Shown here piece by piece: positions 56,569 to 64,000 of a stretch of DNA of 64,000 bases; the stretch's first letter is position 1, and each line of letters begins with the position of its first letter. The translations under genes were made by a program, and so were the position numbers. Source of the DNA: Minisyncoccota bacterium (lineage in GTDB: Bacteria; Patescibacteriota; Minisyncoccia; UBA6257; 2-01-FULL-56-20); NCBI GenBank assembly GCA_025449695.1, contig JANWIW010000036.1:320-64319 (forward strand). Direction: 5' to 3'. Under the pieces are notes generated by a model, which worked only from the letters and a program-made list of their open reading frames with translations, was not told where the DNA came from and did not search any database.

Positions 56569-58554
56569 ATGGTCTCTAAAACCTTTACGAAATCAGGGAA
56601 AACCCAAGAAAACCAAGGATCGCCGGCTCTGAACCCCGATCAGGAGCGGGCGGTGAGGGCAGCGCCGGATAAGCCTCTCCTCATCGTGGCCGGAGCGGGG
56701 ACCGGCAAGACCGCCACCCTGACCAGCCGGGTGGCGTTCCTTATAAAAGAGGGGGTGCCCCCGGCTTCCATCTGCGCCATAACCTTCACCAACAAGGCCG
56801 CCCGGGAGATGGAAGAACGGATAGTTTCAAGTTTTAAGTTTTTAGCTTCTAGTGAAGACGAACCTCCAAAAACTAAAAACTACCCGCTGAAAACTAGGCC
56901 CTTTATCGGGACCTTTCACGCCTTCGGCGCGCGCATACTCAGGCGGCATGCGGCCCTCCTCGGCCGGACGCCGGGCTTCGTAATATTCGACGACCATGAT
57001 TCTTTCTCCCTGGTCAAGAAAATATTGAAGGACATGGACCGCCGCAAGGAAAGCCCGGCCATAATTCTCGGAAAGATCTCCGCGCTGAAGAACACTCCTT
57101 CCGGGGACCAGAAAGCCAAGCTAGATGCAGAGGCGCCGCTCGTGCAGTCTGTATTCGCGCGCTACGAAGCGGGGCTGGAGGAACAGAACGCTTTCGACTT
57201 TGACGACCTGCTGGCTAAAGTAGTGCTTCTCTTCCACAAGGCACCCGCCGTCCTCGACCGCTACCGGGCACAGTTCACCCACATCCTGATCGACGAGTAT
57301 CAGGACCTGAACGACCTCCAGTACGAGTTCACCCGCCTCCTTGTCGGAGACCGCGCCTCTATCTCGGTGGTCGGCGACGCGGAACAAACCATCTACGGAT
57401 GGCGGGGCTCCAATATCGAGATCTTCCTCCGTTTCCCGGACGATTGGGCGGAGGCGCACATGGTGACGCTGGACCAGAATTACCGTTCCACCCGGCACAT
57501 CCTGCGCGCGGCTTCCGGCGTGATCCAAAACAACGTGTACGACACGAAGGTCCAGCGCGCGACCGGCCTGTGGACTGAGAATGCGGAGGGAAAGAAAGTG
57601 GTCGCGCACGAGGCGCTGGGTGAAGACGCGGAAGCGGAGTGGATCGCGGAGCAGATAGGTTACAGGTTACAGGGTACAGGTTACAGAAAGAACGCGGACA
57701 CCGAGCCTGGAAGCCCAGGGCTGGAAGCTATAAGCTCGACTGCCATTCTCTACCGGACAAACGCGCAATCGCGCGCGCTGGAGCAGGCGCTCCTGCGACG
57801 GCGCATCCCGTACCGCGTGTACGGAGGATTGAAGTTCTACGAGCGCCGCGAGATCAAGGACATCGTCGCTGCCCTTCGTTATTCGCTGAACCCGAAGGAC
57901 CAACTCGCGCAGGAACGGCTGGAGAAGAACTTCTCGAAACGGATGTTCAGAACCCTGGCGGATGCGTTCGCGAACCATCCCGACCCGTCACCCCTGGCCC
58001 GCATCGACCTTTTCCTGAAGACAGCGGGCTACTTCGAGTACATGGAACGGAACATGACCAACCCCAGGGAACGCCGGGAAAACATAGAAGAATTGGTTCA
58101 CTTCGCCGCGGGCTACAAGGATATCGCGGAATTCCTGGGTGAGATCGCCCTCCTGCAATCCACCGACAACCTGAATGCGAACGGCCGCAGGATCAGAGCC
58201 GAGGCGCCGGGACAGACTCCGCAGGAGGAACATGCGGTTAGCCTGATGACGATCCATCTCGCCAAGGGACTGGAGTTTGACCGCGTGTTCGTGGCCGGGG
58301 TCGTAGAAGGGGTCCTGCCCCATGCGCGCTCCATGGGCAGCGTGGACGAGGTGCAGGAGGAGCGGCGGCTGATGTACGTCGCCATGACCCGTGCGCGCAA
58401 AGAGCTTTACCTGAGCTTCTACGAATTGCCTTCCCGTTTCCTGGGAGAAGTTCCCGAAGATACGCTGGAGTTCCAGAGCGAAACGGGCACCGATCGTAAG
58501 TCGCTCGATTACGACGGAGAAGAATATGAGGAGCGGTATATCAGCCTTGATTAG
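56569..58554 (+). CDS. pcrA: ATP-dependent DNA helicase PcrA/UvrD
   Basis: AGAGTGKT, TFTNKAA, DEYQD, QNYRST, LYRTNAQSR, TIHLAKGLEF, EERRLMYVAMTRA. Confidence 0.95.
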   Translation: MVSKTFTKSGKTQENQGSPALNPDQERAVRAAPDKPLLIVAGAGTGKTATLTSRVAFLIKEGVPPASICAITFTNKAAREMEERIVSSFKFLASSEDEPPKTKNYPLKTRPFIGTFHAFGARILRRHAALLGRTPGFVIFDDHDSFSLVKKILKDMDRRKESPAIILGKISALKNTPSGDQKAKLDAEAPLVQSVFARYEAGLEEQNAFDFDDLLAKVVLLFHKAPAVLDRYRAQFTHILIDEYQDLNDLQYEFTRLLVGDRASISVVGDAEQTIYGWRGSNIEIFLRFPDDWAEAHMVTLDQNYRSTRHILRAASGVIQNNVYDTKVQRATGLWTENAEGKKVVAHEALGEDAEAEWIAEQIGYRLQGTGYRKNADTEPGSPGLEAISSTAILYRTNAQSRALEQALLRRRIPYRVYGGLKFYERREIKDIVAALRYSLNPKDQLAQERLEKNFSKRMFRTLADAFANHPDPSPLARIDLFLKTAGYFEYMERNMTNPRERRENIEELVHFAAGYKDIAEFLGEIALLQSTDNLNANGRRIRAEAPGQTPQEEHAVSLMTIHLAKGLEFDRVFVAGVVEGVLPHARSMGSVDEVQEERRLMYVAMTRARKELYLSFYELPSRFLGEVPEDTLEFQSETGTDRKSLDYDGEEYEERYISLD

Positions 58555-58639
58555 GTTCTAACCGTTCTAGCCGTTCCAGCGTTGTAGCGTTACGATTATC
58601 ACGACTAGAACGCTTAGCACATCTTGAACATTCTATTCT

Positions 58640-59440
58640 ATGCGTCAAAACCTTGGACAACACTTTCTGAATAATAAGGGGGTCCTCCGCCGGATCGCCG
58701 AGACGGTCGCCGCCGCCGATGCGGACACGATCATAGAGATCGGTCCCGGCCACGGGGAACTTACAGAGTTTCTAGTTGCTAGTTTTCAGTTTTCAGACAA
58801 GAACGAATCCCATCTCCGGCTTTTCCTTATCGAACGGGACCCCACGCTTGCGGAGGCGCTGCGAACGAAATTCGCCGATGACAAGCAGATCAGTGTCATT
58901 GAGGATGACGTCCTGGATGCCTTGGGCCCTATGACCCACGACCCACGACTTACGACTTACGCGATCTGCGGCAACCTGCCCTACTATCTCACCGGCCATC
59001 TTTTGCGCCTCATAGGAGAACTGCCGGAAATGCCCGCGGCGTGCGTGTTCACCATTCAAAAGGAAGTGGCGGAACGGCTGGCCGCCAAACCTCCACGCAT
59101 GAACAGGCTCGCGGCCGCAGTCCAGTTCTGGGCGGAGCCGAAGGTGATCGGGCTTATCTCCCGCAAGGATTTCTCACCGCCGCCGGAGGTGGACTCCGCC
59201 ACGGTGATGCTAAAGACGCGGCCCGGCGACCGCGGTGACGGTGACAGCTACTACCGCATGGTAAGGATCCTCTTTCAACAACCCAGAAAGACCATCGGCA
59301 ACAACCTCGCCGCTGCGGGCCTTTCAAGAGAAAACATCGCCGCAGGCTTCGCCAAGCTGGAGATAGATCCGGGAAACCGGCCTCAGGACTTAGGCATCGA
59401 GCAAATATCGAAAATCGCAGAGATCTTCCATGGTCTGTGA
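58640..59440 (+). CDS. rsmA: 16S rRNA A1518/A1519 dimethyltransferase
   Basis: LGQHFL, EIGPGHG, GNLPYY, QKEVAER, FSPPPEVDS. Confidence 0.96.
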   Translation: MRQNLGQHFLNNKGVLRRIAETVAAADADTIIEIGPGHGELTEFLVASFQFSDKNESHLRLFLIERDPTLAEALRTKFADDKQISVIEDDVLDALGPMTHDPRLTTYAICGNLPYYLTGHLLRLIGELPEMPAACVFTIQKEVAERLAAKPPRMNRLAAAVQFWAEPKVIGLISRKDFSPPPEVDSATVMLKTRPGDRGDGDSYYRMVRILFQQPRKTIGNNLAAAGLSRENIAAGFAKLEIDPGNRPQDLGIEQISKIAEIFHGL

Positions 59441-59617
59441 GGATCGGCTTGTAAAATGGGGAGAATATGGGGGTTTGATTCGGATTACCTGGGGATTATC
59501 CCGCATAACGGAGGTATATGTCGGGTGACCAGTCGGCACATGCGGGGATAGCGTAGGGATAATTTTTCGTCTCACTGGGGATAATCCACAACATTCTTTG
59601 GATTTCCTGGGCATATA

Positions 59618-62152
59618 ATGAGAGGTGAAGAACTATACCTAATGCCCCATAGCGTTAAAAGCTTCGTAACGGCCTTCCTGGCAGTGGCCATCTTATTAAG
59701 TTCGACCTTCGTAGCCGGCTCTCTATATATAAATAGTAGACCGGTTCCCAAGGCCGTTCAGACCGCCCCTCACGTGACGAACGCCTTTGTGGACTCTTAC
59801 CCCGGGGGGGCGACCGATCCTGAAGTTCTGGCACTGCAACTGCGGGACGAGAACAACATGACCGGGCAGATCGCGAACGTCCTGGCGCAGGAACTGCTTA
59901 AGGCCAATCCCAACGGTCCGATTGATCAGAATGGAGAAAGCGTGATCGAGGTGCCGGGCAACCTGAACGTCTTAATTGACGAATATTTGCAGGGACATCC
60001 CAAATCGGAGGGACAGCTTGTGCCAAAGATAAGCGATAAGGATCTCGCGCTGACCGACGCCACCGACGCGCAGGCCATCACCCGCTATCTTGCCCAGGTG
60101 GAAGAAATCGTGAGCAAGCTTCCTCCGGAGCTGGAAGCGGTGGACGCCTCGACCGCCGAGTTTATGGTCAACCAGAACATTGAGATGTTCCACAAGACCT
60201 CGGGGCAGTTCAAATCGGTGAAGGTGCCGAGATCGATCGCTGACTTCCATAAATCGCTTTTGTTCTCCTTCCAGATATCCGCCAACTTCACACAACTGCT
60301 GGCCAGCGATCCCCTGGGAGCCGCCGCGCTCGGCGACACGTATCAAAGAGAGGTCACCAAAGCGCTGGATGATCTGACCGCAGAAGCGGAGCGGCTGCAG
60401 TCGGCCGGACTCATTCCCGCCCAAGAACGGCCCCTGGTGCAAAAACTGCTTGGCATTGAGACCGCTTACGCCTTCAGCGACGTTCCCGCATTCGCGCAAA
60501 GGGTCATCCAGATCGCTTACCAGATCAAGAAGTTCTACGACGATTACCTCAAGAAGTACATGGACATACTTCTTGAATACGCCAAGAACACCGTCCTTAA
60601 GGCGATGGCTGCGCAAGTGGTGAACTGGGTGGCGGGAGGCCCGGAACCGCAATTCGTAACGAATTGGGATGGCTTCTTAAGGCAGGCTGCGGATAACGGC
60701 ATCGGCAGGGTGCTGAACGAGGCCCTGCCCGCGGTGTGCGGAGGGCCCGACGACATCGGAAACCTGCTGACCAATGGCGCGCTTGGCCAGATGGCCCAGC
60801 TTATCCGGGACATCATGCAGCCCGTGAACACCCTGAACGGCAATTTGCCGTATGAACAATGCACGCTGAGCAAGGTGGTGCAAAACTTCAAAGACTTTGA
60901 ACGCGACCTAAGGAACGGCGGCTGGGTCGCGTACGCGGAACTCATGAAGCCCCAGAACACCCTGAACGGCAACCTGATCGCTATCGCCGACCGGAAACTC
61001 ACCATCGCCGGCAAACAGAGGGAAGAAGCCGAGAAACAAGCTGCGGCCGGCTCCGGATTCACCGGACAGCAGCTCTGCGACGACGGCAAGAAACCGCTCG
61101 ACAAGGGAGGTGCCGACGCCTACAACGCGCAGTTCATCGGCCCGGTCCAGCCGGGCAAGCAAAAGAATCCGGGAGATTGCGCCGATGGCAGCAGCCCCCA
61201 CGTCGCGACCCCCGGCATCTTCTCGAAGGACCTCACCAGCAAAGGATTCGATCATGCCTACGACAGGCTGGTCAATGCCCGCGATTGGAAGGCCATGCTG
61301 GCCTATGTCGCGGACATGGCGCTGAGCAACTTCATGAAAAAAAGCGCGAAAGGGCTTTTGAGCTACGCGCAAAGCACCAAGAGTTCCGGCGGGGGAGGAG
61401 GCAACGGAGGCCCGGTCACATCGCAGGCGCCCAACCCGGAACCAACAGCCACAAGCACCCTTGAGGAGGCTGGGCAGATACTGGCACGAAAGGAATCCTC
61501 CTTGGAAGACGCGCGCCGCTATGTGCAGTCGCTGACCGATACGGTCAACGCGCTGAATAACATACTGGGCGCGTGCAAGTCCGAGGCCAATGTTGTCGCC
61601 GACGCCAAAGTCCAGCTTCCTCCCCTCATGAGTCTGCGAGATACCATCAGCCTCAAGGTAGAAGACCTGAAGGCGGCGGTGGATGGACTCCGGCTCTTTA
61701 CCGCAACCCCGGGCAGCGCCGCCACGCTCCATACGCAGTTTGGAACTCTGGCCCAGGCGCAGACGGAAGCGGATAATCTCTCCATCCAACGCCAAAAAGC
61801 GGACGGGGTTACGCTCCAAACGCAAAATCTCTTCGTTGCCTGCAGCCAAAACTCCCTCTCCTTCCCGACGGACGGCGGCAATCCCGCGGAGACGAAGGTG
61901 GTCATCACCACGCCTGCCGACGGGGCAGCCGTGACAGGGACGGTGAACGTGAACGCCCAGGCCGTTGACGGCACCATCAAGCTCGAGATCTACATTGACG
62001 GAGCGCTGGCGGCTTCGCAAGAGAACGCAACCACGCTCACTCATCCATGGGACGCATCAGGGAGCGGTTCCCATACTATTTACGCCAAGGCTTATGACGC
62101 CGCGGCCACTGCGGCAACCTCAGCCACGGTAACTGTCACCTCGGGCCCATGA
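59618..62152 (+). CDS. Large membrane-anchored extracellular protein with C-terminal Ig-like domain
   Basis: N-terminal TM, VVNWV.GG..PQFVTNW motif, paired Cys, Big-like ITTPADGAAVTG..GSHTIYAKAYD. Confidence 0.8.
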   Translation: MRGEELYLMPHSVKSFVTAFLAVAILLSSTFVAGSLYINSRPVPKAVQTAPHVTNAFVDSYPGGATDPEVLALQLRDENNMTGQIANVLAQELLKANPNGPIDQNGESVIEVPGNLNVLIDEYLQGHPKSEGQLVPKISDKDLALTDATDAQAITRYLAQVEEIVSKLPPELEAVDASTAEFMVNQNIEMFHKTSGQFKSVKVPRSIADFHKSLLFSFQISANFTQLLASDPLGAAALGDTYQREVTKALDDLTAEAERLQSAGLIPAQERPLVQKLLGIETAYAFSDVPAFAQRVIQIAYQIKKFYDDYLKKYMDILLEYAKNTVLKAMAAQVVNWVAGGPEPQFVTNWDGFLRQAADNGIGRVLNEALPAVCGGPDDIGNLLTNGALGQMAQLIRDIMQPVNTLNGNLPYEQCTLSKVVQNFKDFERDLRNGGWVAYAELMKPQNTLNGNLIAIADRKLTIAGKQREEAEKQAAAGSGFTGQQLCDDGKKPLDKGGADAYNAQFIGPVQPGKQKNPGDCADGSSPHVATPGIFSKDLTSKGFDHAYDRLVNARDWKAMLAYVADMALSNFMKKSAKGLLSYAQSTKSSGGGGGNGGPVTSQAPNPEPTATSTLEEAGQILARKESSLEDARRYVQSLTDTVNALNNILGACKSEANVVADAKVQLPPLMSLRDTISLKVEDLKAAVDGLRLFTATPGSAATLHTQFGTLAQAQTEADNLSIQRQKADGVTLQTQNLFVACSQNSLSFPTDGGNPAETKVVITTPADGAAVTGTVNVNAQAVDGTIKLEIYIDGALAASQENATTLTHPWDASGSGSHTIYAKAYDAAATAATSATVTVTSGP

Positions 62153-64000
62153 ACCTCCTCTTGAACGCCGTAAAGACGCTTCGGACGCGCAAGGGAATCT
62201 GGATGCCTTTGATGGCCGCCCTGCTCATCGCGCCCCGGGTGACTCATGCGTTCACCCTGTTCAGCGTGGGCGACATCTTGAGCAAGGCCGTCATCTATCC
62301 TATATACGTGGTCGGCTGGATCGTGAGCCTCATCGGAGGCGTGTTCGTGGTCCTTGCCGCGTACCTCGTCCAGTTTATCCTGATCGTGAATATGCAGATC
62401 GTGCAGTCACCGGTGGTGGCGCTCGGCTATCCGGTCACGCTCTCCATCGCGAATCTCCTCTTCGTTCTCGGGCTCATCATTATCGCCGTCGCCACCATCC
62501 TGCAGCTCCAAAGCTACGGCATGAAGCAGGCGCTTTGGAAACTCATGGTCATCGCCATCGCGGTGAACTTCGGCCTGGTCATCGCCGGCACCATCCTGCG
62601 GGTTTCCGACAGCATCACCATGTATATGGTCCAATCCATTAATCCCTCCGGGAACACGGCGGGCGAGAGCTGGGGCGCCATGAAGGAGTTCGCGAGCACA
62701 TTAGCCGGAGCGTTCAATCCCCAGAAGGTCTTCAATGCGAGCCCCGATCTGGGCACCTTGAGCAAGGAAGAGATCACGACCTCCGCCGCCGCATTCAGCC
62801 TGAGCGCACCCGTAGCCCAGAACCTCCTGAAGCCGATCCTGGGCGTGATCCTTTCCGCGCTCACCTTGGCCATTATCATCATCTGCCTCCTCACCCTCGC
62901 GATCATGCTTATGATCCGCTACGTGAAACTGATACTTCTTCTCATTATGTTGCCCCTGAAGTGGGCGATGTGGCCTTTTCCCCTCTACAGCTCCAAGTTC
63001 ACCAAGTGGTGGACCGATTTCACCAAGCACGCGTTCTCGCCCATCCCCATCGTGTTCTCGCTCTGGCTCACCGTCATCGTCCTCCAGAGGATGAGCCAAG
63101 CTGATTCCAGCAACTTCAGCATCATGGGCCTCGACATGAGCGGCCAGGGCCAGAACAGCCTGGCGGCCGGCTTGCTCGGGCTCCTCGGCGGACTGGCGAT
63201 GCCGCTCGCGGATAACCTTCTGCGCATGGCCTTCGTGGGCGGCATCATGATGGCGGGGCTCGCGGGCTCGGCGGCGATGGGCGCGGAGTTCGCGAAGACC
63301 GCCGAGCGGGCCGTGCATGCGGGCGGCAAAGCCATGCGGCAGAACTTGGTACGCCGTGCCAATAATACCCGCCAGCGCGCCCAGAGCTGGGTGTCGGAGA
63401 AGACCATGCCAAAACTGCTCAAGCTGAAGCAAGGCGCGCAGCGTCTGAACGAGTTCAACCTGAGCGGCAAGGGCAGGAAAGGCATCGAGAAGGTTTCTAC
63501 GGAGAATGTCTTGCGCGATGAGCATGGCAACCTGCAGCTGAGCGAAGTGGCCACCAACGCAGCGGGCAAGCACGGCGTGCATGGCGATATAGTCACCGAT
63601 GCCGCAGGCAAGCAATACGCCGACTTCCAAACGAACACCGATGTCACGGGCGTAACCCAGTACATAGATAGCAAGACGGGTAAGGTGATTGTAGGTGCGA
63701 AAAACCCAACCCAGGCGTACATCACAAGGGATGGGGAAATATTCGATGTCGCAAGCGCGACCGACCGCCGGCTCGCTTACGCTACAGATCAGCGCAGCGT
63801 TGCAGAGGACATGAACGAGGTGCGGAACGGTAAGGTCGCGGTGGATGAGAGCGGCAACATAGTCAAAGCGGAGGAAGTGTTGACTATCCAGGGAAACCTG
63901 AAGAACACCTTCGTCGACAAGGACGGCAAGGGCCTTTCCGATGCCGAGGCGATGAAGAGATCCGGCCAAATCCTCACCAAGAAAAAGCTGGAAGAGGTTA
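62149..64000 (+). CDS. VirB6/TrbL-like polytopic membrane protein (runs off the window)
   Basis: ATGA overlap with the previous gene; SIANLLFVLGLIIIAVATIL..AIAVNFGL..IRYVKL..PL..WW..F; no stop seen before 64000. Confidence 0.75.
   Translation, partial: MNLLLNAVKTLRTRKGIWMPLMAALLIAPRVTHAFTLFSVGDILSKAVIYPIYVVGWIVSLIGGVFVVLAAYLVQFILIVNMQIVQSPVVALGYPVTLSIANLLFVLGLIIIAVATILQLQSYGMKQALWKLMVIAIAVNFGLVIAGTILRVSDSITMYMVQSINPSGNTAGESWGAMKEFASTLAGAFNPQKVFNASPDLGTLSKEEITTSAAAFSLSAPVAQNLLKPILGVILSALTLAIIIICLLTLAIMLMIRYVKLILLLIMLPLKWAMWPFPLYSSKFTKWWTDFTKHAFSPIPIVFSLWLTVIVLQRMSQADSSNFSIMGLDMSGQGQNSLAAGLLGLLGGLAMPLADNLLRMAFVGGIMMAGLAGSAAMGAEFAKTAERAVHAGGKAMRQNLVRRANNTRQRAQSWVSEKTMPKLLKLKQGAQRLNEFNLSGKGRKGIEKVSTENVLRDEHGNLQLSEVATNAAGKHGVHGDIVTDAAGKQYADFQTNTDVTGVTQYIDSKTGKVIVGAKNPTQAYITRDGEIFDVASATDRRLAYATDQRSVAEDMNEVRNGKVAVDESGNIVKAEEVLTIQGNLKNTFVDKDGKGLSDAEAMKRSGQILTKKKLEEV

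Overview
Chromosomal segment of a GC-rich Patescibacteria (CPR, most likely Parcubacteria) genome in genetic code 11; the taxonomy is inferred from gene content. Core genes include gyrA, a 4-domain rpsA, dut, glyA, ftsH, tyrS, clpP, hppA, nusA, yraN, comM, pcrA and rsmA. Seven tRNAs are present: Phe split by a 202-nt group I intron, Arg, Pro, Val, His, Ile with the rare UAU anticodon, and Gly. The main accessory feature is an AT-richer island of about 13.4 kb (26772-40222) at the 3' end of tRNA-His. It carries a large serine recombinase, a helicase-DUF2290-PIN defence operon, a membrane-anchored tape-measure-like protein, and TrmB-linked enzyme genes (diiron oxidase, methyltransferase, DapF-fold epimerase). 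The recombinase ORF runs antisense through tRNA-His. Joining the island ends at a shared GGGT would instead give it an in-frame tail ending in an ssrA-like VLAA, suggesting an excision-dependent degron switch (inference). Other notable patterns are two direct-repeat-flanked hairpin+GIY-YIG mini-cassettes, nuclease genes whose stop codon lies inside a tRNA, heptamer/REP repeats inserted in frame into core genes, and widespread leaderless promoters. No CRISPR array or rRNA was seen.
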